Counted from the stretch's first letter, positions 29,976 through 39,385 are shown. The stretch: 64,000 nucleotides of DNA from Gemmatimonadota bacterium (GCA_040389905.1 JAZJZK010000007.1:383492-447491), one strand, 5' to 3'. Notes: generated by a model from the sequence alone, not told the origin. Made by a program: numbers and translations.

Positions 29976-30344
29976 ATGAGAGACTTCAAGAAGATAATCG
30001 CCTGGCAGAAGGCGCATGCGCTCAGCGTCGCGATCGGCCCTGCCGCAGACTGGCGACGGTTCCGAAAACGACCTCGGCTCCGCTCTCAGTTGCTCCGGGC
30101 GATCGACTCGATTGGCGGCTGTATTTCAGAGGGCGCTGGCAAGCCGACAACGCCCGAGTTCGCGCGCTACCTGGATATGGCGATGTCGTCGGCGCGAGAA
30201 GTGGATAACCACCTGCTGCTGGCTCGCGATATCGACTGCATGAACGCAGACGTCGCGGAGCGCTTGCTCGCGGACGTCGATGAGATACGACGGATTCTTT
30301 TCGTGTACACGCGTGAAGTTCGCAGGCGGGCGGATGACGAGTAA
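29976..30344 (+). CDS. Four-helix-bundle protein (23S rRNA IVP / S23-like family)
   Basis: MRDFKKIIAWQKAHAL, LRSQLLRAIDSIGGCISEG, EFARYLDMAMSSAREV. Confidence 0.88.
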   Translation: MRDFKKIIAWQKAHALSVAIGPAADWRRFRKRPRLRSQLLRAIDSIGGCISEGAGKPTTPEFARYLDMAMSSAREVDNHLLLARDIDCMNADVAERLLADVDEIRRILFVYTREVRRRADDE

Positions 30345-30350
30345 TGCGCC

Positions 30351-30500
30351 GTAATCAGATGAGACAGGTGCTCAGTAGCCAACCGCAGCTAACAGAGCGA
30401 CAGGGGGTGTGGCGCTCCAGTGCATCGCACCGTGATCGCCACACCCCCTGTTGCTCTGTCGGCTGCGGCTGATCACTGAGCACCTGTCACATCTGATTAC
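30351..30500. repeat. Inverted pair of a ~64-bp unit directly after the four-helix-bundle gene
   Basis: 30351-30414 pairs with 30437-30500 (GTAATCAGAT..ACAGGTGCTCAGT...CAGGGGGTGTGGCG). Confidence 0.9.
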
Positions 30501-30512
30501 CGCGCACAAAAC

Positions 30513-31100
30513 TCAGCCCGACTTCGCCCGCGCCTGCACGTCCAGCGCCCCCTTGATCCCCTCGCGTACCCACGCCTCCACCGCCTCCGAGATCACCGGA
30601 AACAGCCCCCGAATCACCTCGCCTTCGCGCTTGCCTACTCCCCCGAGCACGTAGTCTTTCAAAGGCCCGCCGGGCGCCCGCTCCGGATCTCCAACCCCGA
30701 TCCTCAACCGCGCGTACTTCTGCGTCCCGAGTGCCTGATCGATCGACTTGAGTCCGTTGTGCCCTCCCGCTCCGCCCTCGGCTCGTACCCGCCAGGTGCC
30801 GGCGGGAATGGCAACGTCGTCGACGAGTACCATGAGATCCGTCGCCGCCGACCAGAAGGGGCGGCGTGCGTACTGCACCAGCACACCGCCGGACAGGTTC
30901 ATGTACGTCTGCGGCTTGACGAGACGGACGATTTCCTTGACGCCCGGAACGTGACCCTGCGCAGCACGCGCCTGGCCGTCCTTTTTCCACCCGTCGACGT
31001 TCCAGCGATCCGCCAGCGCATCGACGAGCCACCAGCCCACGTTGTGACGCGTGTGCTCGTACTCTTTTCCCGGGTTGCCCAGGCCAACGATCACCTTCAT
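30513..31100 (-). CDS. pth: Peptidyl-tRNA hydrolase
   Basis: VGLGNPG, TRHNVG, KPQTYMNLSG, GGHNGLKS. Confidence 0.96.
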   Translation of the reverse strand: MKVIVGLGNPGKEYEHTRHNVGWWLVDALADRWNVDGWKKDGQARAAQGHVPGVKEIVRLVKPQTYMNLSGGVLVQYARRPFWSAATDLMVLVDDVAIPAGTWRVRAEGGAGGHNGLKSIDQALGTQKYARLRIGVGDPERAPGGPLKDYVLGGVGKREGEVIRGLFPVISEAVEAWVREGIKGALDVQARAKSG

Positions 31101-31189
31101 CGGGGTTCCATCATCCTCTGAATGCCGCGACGGCTCCGCCCCGGAAGGGCGGAGCCGTCGCGTGAGTGCTGCGAGCAGTGCCAAGAATG

Positions 31190-31834
31190 TTACTTCTTCG
31201 CGTCGTCGTCTTCCTTCGCCTTGCGGATCAACTCGGGCTCCGCAGCGCCCGGCTCGGCGGCGGCTGCCTCGACGGCCGCGCGCGGCGCGATCACGGCGCA
31301 GATCGTTGCATCTTCGTCGCTCAGGATTTCCAAACCCTCGGGAACCTTGAGGTCGCGCACGTGGAGCGAGTGGCCCATCGCGAGATGCGTGACATCGACA
31401 TCGATGTGGTTCGGAATGGCCGACGGATCGACGAGAATCTCGACGCTGTGCACGATCTGCTCGAGGAGCGCGCCGCTGAGGCGGACGCCATCCGGCACGC
31501 CGACGAACACGAGTGGCACCTTGACCGTGACCTTCTCACCGGCCACGAGCTCCTGGAAGTCGATGTGGAGCACGACCTTCTTGAACGGGTGGCGCTGAAT
31601 CTCGCGGATGAGCGTGTTGCTGTTGCCGCCGCCGAGCGAGAGATCGATGACCGTGCTGCCCGCGGTGATGGTGGACAGAAGCTTGTCGAGATCGCGTGCG
31701 TTGACCGACAGGCCCTGCGGTTCGCGGGCGTGACCATAGATGACGCCGGGAACGCGGCCTGCCGCGCGCAGCTTGCGTGCGACTCCCTTTCCGGTGTCCG
31801 AGCGCGTCTCCGCGCTGAGTGATGCCTTACCCAT
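31190..31834 (-). CDS. rplY: 50S ribosomal protein L25/Ctc (long form)
   Basis: GKGVARKLRAAGRVPGVIYG, QRHP, HIDFQ. Confidence 0.96.
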   Translation of the reverse strand: MGKASLSAETRSDTGKGVARKLRAAGRVPGVIYGHAREPQGLSVNARDLDKLLSTITAGSTVIDLSLGGGNSNTLIREIQRHPFKKVVLHIDFQELVAGEKVTVKVPLVFVGVPDGVRLSGALLEQIVHSVEILVDPSAIPNHIDVDVTHLAMGHSLHVRDLKVPEGLEILSDEDATICAVIAPRAAVEAAAAEPGAAEPELIRKAKEDDDAKK

Positions 31835-31873
31835 GACTGGATTCCTGATACGAGCGTGTTCGACTGCAGCGAA

Positions 31874-31950
31874 CCGCGATGCCGGTGCTACTCTCAGGCG
31901 GCTGCGTCCGCCCTACCATGCCGGTGCTGCCAACAAGCAGCGTGTCGCGG
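31874..31950 (-). promoter_or_regulatory. Structured rplY leader containing a 5S rRNA loop E mimic
   Basis: RNA: CCGCGA-CAC-GCUGC uuguug GCAGC-ACCG-GCAUGGUAG GGCGG acgcag CCGCC UGAGAGUAGC-ACCGGCA-UCGCGG. Confidence 0.7.
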
Positions 31951-32041
31951 GGAACCCTAAACCTAATAGGAGACGGGGGTCATGGGACAGGTAGTGCGAC
32001 AAACTAGTGGAACCGGGCGGACGTCGTCCCTGTCCCCTGTC

Positions 32042-32995
32042 TCAGTCGAACAGCGACGACACCGACTGCTCCGCATGCGTGTACCGAATCGCCTTGCTGA
32101 GCAATTCACCCACCGACAGTATCGTCAGCCGCTCGAAACGCCGCTCCGGTGGCAGCAGGATCGTATCCGTGACGGCAACTTCCTTGATCGGTGCGTCCAT
32201 GAGTCGCTGCACCGCCGGGCCGCTGAAGAGGGCATGCGTCGCGCACGCATAGATGTCTCGCGCGCCGAGCCGCTTCAAGGCGTGCGCCGCCTCGCTGATC
32301 GTGCCTGCCGTGTCGATCATGTCGTCAGCGAGAATACAGTCACGTCCGTCCACTTCGCCGACGACATTGACCACTTCGCTGACATTCGGGGCCGGCCGCC
32401 GCTTGTCGATGATCGCCAGCGAGGCGTTGAGCCGCTTGGCGAAACCGCGCGCCATCTTGGCCGACCCGACGTCCGGAGCCACCACAACGGTATCCTTCAG
32501 CTGTTTCTTCCTGAAGTGCGACGACAAGACCGGCATGGCGTACAGATGATCGACGGGAATGTCGAAAAAGCCCTGCAGCTGGTGCTGGTGAAAGTCGATG
32601 CCCAGTACCCGGTCGGCACCGGCACCCACGATCATGTTGGCCATGAGCTTCGCGCCGATCGCCACGCGCGGCTGGTCCTTTCGGTCCTGCCGTGCGTAGC
32701 CGTAATAGGGCATCACGACCGTGACGCGCGCCGCACTCGCCCGCTTCGCCGCATCGATCAGGAGCATCAGCTCCATGATGTTTTCTGCGGGGGCATTGGT
32801 GCTCTGGACGATGAAGACATCGTTACCGCGAACGTTTTCATCGATTCGAACGAAGATCTCCCCGTCCGCAAACCGCGTGCAGGTGAGCTTGCACAGTTCC
32901 ACACCCAAGTGCTTCGAGATCTCTTCCGCCAACGGGCGGTTGCCGAGCCCCGACAACAGCTTGAACCCGTGCGAGGGTACGGCGAGCCCGTCCAT
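32042..32995 (-). CDS. prs: Ribose-phosphate pyrophosphokinase
   Basis: FADGE, YYGYARQDRK, PDVGSAK, DDMIDTAGT. Confidence 0.98.
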   Translation of the reverse strand: MDGLAVPSHGFKLLSGLGNRPLAEEISKHLGVELCKLTCTRFADGEIFVRIDENVRGNDVFIVQSTNAPAENIMELMLLIDAAKRASAARVTVVMPYYGYARQDRKDQPRVAIGAKLMANMIVGAGADRVLGIDFHQHQLQGFFDIPVDHLYAMPVLSSHFRKKQLKDTVVVAPDVGSAKMARGFAKRLNASLAIIDKRRPAPNVSEVVNVVGEVDGRDCILADDMIDTAGTISEAAHALKRLGARDIYACATHALFSGPAVQRLMDAPIKEVAVTDTILLPPERRFERLTILSVGELLSKAIRYTHAEQSVSSLFD

Positions 32996-33054
32996 TCGAA
33001 GCCTTGGTATCGAGTTGGTTCAGCGGCGAATCGTTCGCCCGATTGCCGCTTCAG

Positions 33055-33125
33055 TTCCCCCGCGTGGATTCGAACCACGATTCGCGGCTCCAAAGGCCGC
33101 TGTCCTGCCATTGGACGACAGGGGA
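33055..33125 (-). tRNA. tRNA-Gln (TTG)
   Basis: TCCCCTGTCGTCCAATGGCAGGACAGCGGCCTTTGGAGCCGCGAATCGTGGTTCGAATCCACGCGGGGGAA; folds as cloverleaf; no encoded CCA. Confidence 0.95.
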
Positions 33126-33187
33126 TCGTCTGGACAAAAACCTAACCACCCCGACTGGGTGGGGAAAGCGTGAAATCACCACGCTCA

Positions 33188-35899
33188 TCATCCAATGTAC
33201 GAGCACACCAGCGATCGGCCGGCGGGCGTGAAGCGACCAAGGATGCCGATGCGTCCTTCTTCGAAGGTCGCCGGGTCATTGATGTTCTCGAGTGTGAGGC
33301 GCGCCGTCCGCGTCCATTCGTCACTGCGGTCCACATCCGCCAGCCGCGTGGCCGCACGCTCCAGCGCGGCCCTTCGCTTCGGAGACACGCCACCGTGAAT
33401 CTCCGCGCCATTCCAGCATGCTCCGCGAGCAATCGCCCGGACCACGATCCAGCGCTCACTCGGAAGCAAACGCCTGTCCCCGGCGAGCCCGACAAGCGTG
33501 GTGTCGGCCGGTGACGCGCCGACGCGGCTCGCGGATGACTCTGTGACCAGTGATCGAACTACCTCATGCGCCACGATCGCCTCTTTGATCGAGCGCGCCT
33601 CCAGTTCCAGCTCGGGGAGCCCCCGCACCCGGCCGATCTCTGCCAGTGCGTGCGCGCCCGTCTGGACAATGCCGACGCCATACATGTACGAGACAGGAAC
33701 CGGATCCCCCATGAGCAGCCACCCCATGGCGAGGGTTTCACGCACGCGAGCGACAGCCATCTCGCCAGCGCCGCTGCTCAGCGCGAGCAAGGCCGCGGCG
33801 ATGTTCTCGTCCGCGAGAATCGTGAGTGAACGAAGCGCGGCCGCCGATTTGGACGGATTGTCTCTGAGCGCCGCTCGAGGCTCGAGATACCACGCCGTCG
33901 GAAGGCTGGCTGAGCGAGCCACTGACCGGAACTGAGGGAGCGCGGAGTCGGCGGCAAAGCGCGTGAGCGCCTCGCGAAGGGAGTCCGTGACAGGTGAGGG
34001 AAGTGTCGCGAATGCGCGGCCGATCAGGCTCCTGTCAGGAGGGATTGTCCGTCTCGCAGACCGGAGGGCTCGAATCTGGTCTGCGGTCGCGGCGACGCCA
34101 CGAACGAGATGCTGCCGCACCACGGAATCTGCCCGCGCCACTCGCCGCATCCCAGCATCCGTCGATTGGACCCAGCTCCGACGTTGCTGCGGCGTGAGCG
34201 GAGGCAAATTCCGAAAGTCCAGAAACATGCCGGTGAGAAACCCTGTGAACACCGTCATCACGCCGAGCAGCATGGCTGCGGACGCGAGCCACTCCACCGA
34301 CAAGAGCCGACGTCTCGCCAGCTCTGGACTGTCCGCTGGCGGCGAAACACCCACGCTCAGGAGCCAACCGCTCACGAGTTCCTGGGGCACGTGCGGGCGG
34401 CGCAGGTCACGAATTCGCCGCCGAGGCGCGCTGGCCAGGCGTGCCGCACGCTCACGGTATTCGATGACGAAGGCGACGAGCCAACCGAGGCACGCGGGTG
34501 CGAGAATCGCGGCGACATCCGCCGCACCCACGAGCCCCTCCGAGAACTCACCCTGGGAATGCAGCTTTCCGAACGCCCAAAGCGCGCCAAGGCACAGCGC
34601 CAGCGCCGATCCCACTCCGGCGATGGCGGCCGCTCGGCGCCGATTCGTCAACCACCGCTGGGCCATGGTTGGGGCGATCGCCGCAAAGCGTCCCATGCCG
34701 TTGAGCAGGTACACCGTGTCCGGGTAGGGATCGAGCAACACGTCGACCGCAACGCGCACCGGATAGCCGGAGCCGCGCGCCCAGCGGAGATGGTTGGCGG
34801 CAACACCAAACGCGATGCCCGCAGCGCAGACCAGCCCGACGGACAGCAGCGCTACCACGAATCCCGCCAACAGCCACGCCAGGTTGCCAGGCGTGCTCGC
34901 CCCGACGACGAACAGCAGGACGCCGAGTCCGATGACCATTGCCGTCAGCCAACGTACGGCAGCCACACCCGCGCCACGCATCGGCTCGAGGCCCGGCGGC
35001 GGCCACTCGATCACCTGTGCCGCCACGGAGCACGCCCGCGCAACCTCGGCCGCGGCCGGGCGGTGGGCTGGGTCCTTCGTCAACATCCGATCGATGAGCC
35101 GCGCGAAATCGGCGTCGAGATCCGGGCGAAGCGCTCCGATGGCCGGCGCCGCGTCCTTGATGTGTGCGGCGATCACGGCAACGACTGACGCGCTCTTGAA
35201 GAGCTCTCGGCCGGCGAGTAGCTCGAAGGCGACGACGCCCAGCGAATAGACGTCGGTGCGATCGGTGACCGTGTCGCCAGACGCCTGCTCCGGACTCATG
35301 TACTCAGGCGTGCCCAGCGAGATCCCCTGTCCCGTCAATCGCTCGCTCGGCATGGTACCGGGGACGGCGGCCGCACTGATTCCGAAGTCGAGTACGACAA
35401 CCCGCTCCGTACCACCTTCGAGCATGATGTTGCTCGGTTTGATATCGCGGTGGATGAGGTCTCGTGCATGCGCGGCGGCGAGCGCCGACGCAATTTCACC
35501 GACGATCCGCCGACAGCGGGCTTGCGGAACCTTCGTTCCGATCGGGCATGCCTGCGCGAGCGTCGGGCCGTCCACGTACTGCATGACGAAATAGCTCGTT
35601 CCCGAATTCGGCAGCTCGCCGACGCGGAACACGCTCACCACATTCGGATGGGAGATGGACGCCGCGGCCTCCGCTTCGCGCGCGAAGCGCGCCCGTGCCA
35701 CCGCGTCGTTCGCGCGGTCGGGTGCAAGCACCTTGATGACGACTTCGCGCTTGAGCGCCGGGTCACGGCCAACGAAGACCGCTCCCATTCCGCCTCGCCC
35801 AAGCAACCGCAGGGACTGGATCCCCGGCGCAAGCTCGGCCTCGAGCTCGCGCTGGATGGGAAGAAGGTCGGTTTGTCCGGACAGCCGCGGTGCTTGCAT
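33188..35899 (-). CDS. Hanks-type Ser/Thr kinase with multi-TM region and helical C-terminus
   Basis: GRGGMGAV, IKVL, HRDIKPSN, DFG, GTPEYMSPEQ, DVYSLG. Confidence 0.92.
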   Translation of the reverse strand: MQAPRLSGQTDLLPIQRELEAELAPGIQSLRLLGRGGMGAVFVGRDPALKREVVIKVLAPDRANDAVARARFAREAEAAASISHPNVVSVFRVGELPNSGTSYFVMQYVDGPTLAQACPIGTKVPQARCRRIVGEIASALAAAHARDLIHRDIKPSNIMLEGGTERVVVLDFGISAAAVPGTMPSERLTGQGISLGTPEYMSPEQASGDTVTDRTDVYSLGVVAFELLAGRELFKSASVVAVIAAHIKDAAPAIGALRPDLDADFARLIDRMLTKDPAHRPAAAEVARACSVAAQVIEWPPPGLEPMRGAGVAAVRWLTAMVIGLGVLLFVVGASTPGNLAWLLAGFVVALLSVGLVCAAGIAFGVAANHLRWARGSGYPVRVAVDVLLDPYPDTVYLLNGMGRFAAIAPTMAQRWLTNRRRAAAIAGVGSALALCLGALWAFGKLHSQGEFSEGLVGAADVAAILAPACLGWLVAFVIEYRERAARLASAPRRRIRDLRRPHVPQELVSGWLLSVGVSPPADSPELARRRLLSVEWLASAAMLLGVMTVFTGFLTGMFLDFRNLPPLTPQQRRSWVQSTDAGMRRVARADSVVRQHLVRGVAATADQIRALRSARRTIPPDRSLIGRAFATLPSPVTDSLREALTRFAADSALPQFRSVARSASLPTAWYLEPRAALRDNPSKSAAALRSLTILADENIAAALLALSSGAGEMAVARVRETLAMGWLLMGDPVPVSYMYGVGIVQTGAHALAEIGRVRGLPELELEARSIKEAIVAHEVVRSLVTESSASRVGASPADTTLVGLAGDRRLLPSERWIVVRAIARGACWNGAEIHGGVSPKRRAALERAATRLADVDRSDEWTRTARLTLENINDPATFEEGRIGILGRFTPAGRSLVCSYIG

Positions 35900-35921
35900 T
35901 GTCGCGTGCGGACGGAGGGAA

Positions 35922-36845
35922 CTACGAAGCGATCATGCGAACAGGTGCCACATTGGTTGCGGTGCGAGTGCGGATGACACGCGTCGTCTCGCCGACGTGG
36001 GAGAGATGACCGAGATCGTCCGCACTGATGCCGAAGACCGTCGAACCGGAGCCGCTCATCATGGCGATCGCGAATCCGGCGCCATGGAGCGAGTCGATCA
36101 GTGCACCGATCGTCGGATATCGTGCGGACACGACGTCCTCGAATTCGTTGACGCCGATGCGCGCAATATGCTCCCAGTCCGACAGGTGATCGACTTCGAG
36201 CGCGACGGCTGTCGGACGGGGGCTGGCGCTCGCCCGAGATGCCGCCAGCCAGGAATATGCCTCGGCGGTGTTCACGGAAATAGACGGTACCAACAGCGCA
36301 ACGTTGCGGACCGGAGGCGGCGTGAGCGAGAGCATGCGCTCGCCGCGGCCCCAGGCGAGTGCGTACGTCATCTCGCTCGCAAGAAACGGCACATCCGACC
36401 CGAGGGCGGCCGCAACGTCATGCAGCGCCGCCGGGCCAATGGGCGCATCCGCCATCGCATCGAGCGCGCGGAGCACAGCGCCGGCGTCGGCACTCCCTCC
36501 GCCCATTCCGCCACCGATTGGAATACGCTTCTCGATTTCTATCGCCACACCGCCGCGCATTCCGCTCGCGACCGCATACGCCCGCGCCGCGCGCAGTGCC
36601 AGATTCTGTTCTGGCGGGCCGACCAACGCGAGATCGACATCACCAGTGACGTCGACCGTGAAGGCGCCCGTCGTGCAGCGAAGGCGAAGCGTATCTGCGA
36701 GCTCCACGCGCAGGAATAGCGTCTCGAGCTGGTGAAAGCCGGTTGTCTCGCGCGCGAGAATCTGCAACCGAAGGTTCAGCTTGGCCTGCGCGTCGACCTC
36801 GACGGCCAGTGCCCCCCGCAGCGACCGCTCCGCGTGGAAACTCAC
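35922..36845 (-). CDS. ispE: CDP-ME kinase
   Basis: AKLNLRL, KRIPIGGGMGGGSAD, LGSDVPF, MSGSGSTVF; GTG start overlaps upstream stop. Confidence 0.94.
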   Translation of the reverse strand: MSFHAERSLRGALAVEVDAQAKLNLRLQILARETTGFHQLETLFLRVELADTLRLRCTTGAFTVDVTGDVDLALVGPPEQNLALRAARAYAVASGMRGGVAIEIEKRIPIGGGMGGGSADAGAVLRALDAMADAPIGPAALHDVAAALGSDVPFLASEMTYALAWGRGERMLSLTPPPVRNVALLVPSISVNTAEAYSWLAASRASASPRPTAVALEVDHLSDWEHIARIGVNEFEDVVSARYPTIGALIDSLHGAGFAIAMMSGSGSTVFGISADDLGHLSHVGETTRVIRTRTATNVAPVRMIAS

Positions 36846-37873
36846 CGGTCGCCAGGGTCCGGATGCGCGTTGCGGTCCGCCGTCTCGATCTCTCCCAGCG
36901 TGAGTCCCGTGCGGAAGAAATACCACGCGCCGATCACCGTGATGGGAAGAAAGGACAGAAAATGAAAACCGATCGCCCAGGTGGCGGCCGAATCCGGCGA
37001 CACGCCATAGAGCCCGAGGCCCTCCTTTCCGAAGTATTCGAACACGCCGAAAAAGCCCGGTGCCTGCGGTGCCGCCACGCCAATCGCGATGATGCCTTGC
37101 AGGAAGAGGGCGGCACTATATGGGGCGTCGATATGAACCGCCTTGAACGCGATCCAGAAGGCCAAGCCGTTCGTAAGCCAGTGAAGAAGCGTCCACCCGA
37201 AGACCGAACCGAAGCGGCTCGGCGAGCGGAGCACGCTCAGGCCCTGCGTCAGGGAGATGAGCGCTGCACGTCCCTTCTCCTCGAGCTTGGGCACGAGACG
37301 GCGGGCAACAAGCTCGTAGAGCGCCAGCACGCGACCGGGGAAGAGCACCAGTGCGTACATCGCGACAACGACGCCGCCAATGAACAACAAGCCGCCGAGT
37401 GCGATGCTGGACATGCTGCGCCCGAAGACGTGTGCGCCGGGAGGAAACGCGGGATCGAGCATGGCGCCGAACATGAGCATGAACACGACGACCGCGTCGA
37501 ACAACCGATCCACCGCCAGCGATGCGAAGGCCGCCGGAAACGGTACCGCCGGCGTCGTCCGGGAGAGTGCAAAGGCGCGCGCGAATTCTCCCGCACGGGC
37601 CGGCGTGACGTTGTTGAGCATCATCCCGATTGCCGTCGGGCGCCACAGTGTGCCGAAGGGAAGGTCTGGCGCGATCGGATCGAGAATTGGGCGCCAGCGC
37701 CGAGCGCGGAGGGGAAAGATGAGCGTCGCCATGACCGCAGACAGCATGAGCAGGCCGAGATTGGCCTGCCGGAGGTGCTCCATCACGCTGCGAAGTGGTA
37801 TGTCCTTGAACGCGAGATACAGGAACCCGCCGCTCAGGACGAAGCCGAGGAGGCTTCGCCAACTCGCTTTCAT
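36842..37873 (-). CDS. Lysylphosphatidylglycerol-synthase-like TM (flippase-like) protein
   Basis: RARRWR, NNVTPARAGEFAR, VDRLFD, PQAPGFFGVFE. Confidence 0.85.
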   Translation of the reverse strand: MKASWRSLLGFVLSGGFLYLAFKDIPLRSVMEHLRQANLGLLMLSAVMATLIFPLRARRWRPILDPIAPDLPFGTLWRPTAIGMMLNNVTPARAGEFARAFALSRTTPAVPFPAAFASLAVDRLFDAVVVFMLMFGAMLDPAFPPGAHVFGRSMSSIALGGLLFIGGVVVAMYALVLFPGRVLALYELVARRLVPKLEEKGRAALISLTQGLSVLRSPSRFGSVFGWTLLHWLTNGLAFWIAFKAVHIDAPYSAALFLQGIIAIGVAAPQAPGFFGVFEYFGKEGLGLYGVSPDSAATWAIGFHFLSFLPITVIGAWYFFRTGLTLGEIETADRNAHPDPGDR

Positions 37874-37882
37874 TGCGCCACG

Positions 37883-39385
37883 TCAGTCGGTGAGCGCGAG
37901 GTCGAGGAGGTCGAACAACTCAGCGAGTGCGTCGTCATCCAGCCGCGCGCCCCCACGTTTCGCTTCGTTCTTGATCTCAACCGCGCGCTTCACCGCCGCC
38001 TTACCGCGATACAGCAATACGTCGATGGGCACCGGCGGCTGCTCGGCGATGGCCCGCGGCGTACTGAGTGGCGTCACATGCAAACCGCCGAGGCTGGAAA
38101 TACCGGCGTCGAGCAACGCTCCAAGCTTCGACGGCGGCGTGGCGGACTCCTTCACCGTTGCCGCAAAGTCTGCGCTGGCCGGCTCGGCAGCGGCCTGATG
38201 GAAACCACTGAGTCGGGTCGCGAGCGTCAAGCTCGACGATGGCTGGGCCAGCACCGCCGCCATCTGATCGAGTTTCTTCAACGCTTCCGCGTCGAATTGG
38301 GCTGCGGGCTCATTGTGCCGCGCGACAAATGACGCGATGTCATGCTCGCCGAAGCTGTCCGCCGCGAGCTGAATTCCACGGAGCGCCTGTCGAAGCGCGC
38401 GTCGAACGCGCTCGCGCGTGAGCTCACCCTGCGCCGCCCGCGCGTCCGCAACGAGCCGGCGAAGGTGCTCGCCCTGACTCACCGCCTCGAGGCGGAAACG
38501 TTCGGAGGGGGTCGTCGGCGGGTTGGATGCTGCTCTGACGATGGTTTCTCCACCGTCGCCGTAGAACAGCTCGGCAATGGGCACGATGCGTTCGACGCCA
38601 GACTCGCGGACCTGAAGTGCATCCACCGTTGTCGCGAAATGCGCGAGTTCTGCGGCCGGAACACTACCATTTCCGCCGTCGCGAATGGTGCTCGCGAAGG
38701 CGCGGAGCGCGGCCGAAGCGGAAGCCAGCAGCGCGATGCGCTCCCGGCTCAGCGTCGATTCGCCGAGTTCCAGCGGTTGTGCGGCTTCCTCGGATGCCTC
38801 GAGAATGTCCGACAAGCCCGCGTAGTCCTTGACCGTGGCAAGCCCACGTAACGCCCGCACGCGGCGCAGCACGTTCGCTGCCGCGTCCCGATCGGCGGGG
38901 CGAGTGGCAAGCAACTCCAGACCTGCGCCAATGTTCGAGGCCTCGGTGGCCAGGAAGGCATCGTGGCTTTGCGTCGTGGGCGACGCGAGTGGTGTGGCGC
39001 CGCGAACGGGCACAATGGTGGCGAGTTCGTTGATTCGCGCGCGGGCGCGGGTTTCTTCCGCCGGGCCCCACGCGCGGACGCCGCGCAGGAGCACCTTGGA
39101 ATCGTCGACGGCAGCGACGACGACGCCCTTGAGCGCCGGGCCCCAGTGGAGGGTGCCATCGCGCAACCCGCGTCCCACGCGCTCGATCCCTGCGGCGATC
39201 TCGGCGAACGAGGCCAGCTTGGCCATCGTCGCAGACCCGCGCAACGCGCGCGCCACGCGCTGCATCTCCTCGGCGTTCGGGCCGGTTGCGCCTCCGGCGA
39301 GCAGCAGCGCGTCGAGTTGTTCGACGTAATCGCTGCCTTCGAGGACGAAGAAGTCGAGAAACCCGACCGGGGCCGGAACCGTCAT
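37883..39385 (-). CDS. Protein with Hpt-like helical repeats lacking the phospho-His
   Basis: FFVLEGSDYVEQLD...RVARALRGSATM; further similar repeats. Confidence 0.6.
   Translation of the reverse strand: MTVPAPVGFLDFFVLEGSDYVEQLDALLLAGGATGPNAEEMQRVARALRGSATMAKLASFAEIAAGIERVGRGLRDGTLHWGPALKGVVVAAVDDSKVLLRGVRAWGPAEETRARARINELATIVPVRGATPLASPTTQSHDAFLATEASNIGAGLELLATRPADRDAAANVLRRVRALRGLATVKDYAGLSDILEASEEAAQPLELGESTLSRERIALLASASAALRAFASTIRDGGNGSVPAAELAHFATTVDALQVRESGVERIVPIAELFYGDGGETIVRAASNPPTTPSERFRLEAVSQGEHLRRLVADARAAQGELTRERVRRALRQALRGIQLAADSFGEHDIASFVARHNEPAAQFDAEALKKLDQMAAVLAQPSSSLTLATRLSGFHQAAAEPASADFAATVKESATPPSKLGALLDAGISSLGGLHVTPLSTPRAIAEQPPVPIDVLLYRGKAAVKRAVEIKNEAKRGGARLDDDALAELFDLLDLALTD

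Noticed and set aside
29976..30500. Diversity-generating retroelement (Avd-like gene)
   Set aside because: No reverse transcriptase and no TR/VR pair differing at adenines is visible in the window.
31860..31960. A genuine 5S rRNA gene
   Set aside because: Only about 77 nt; lacks helix III/loop C (CCGAAC) and has no rRNA operon context. Treated as a leader mimic instead.
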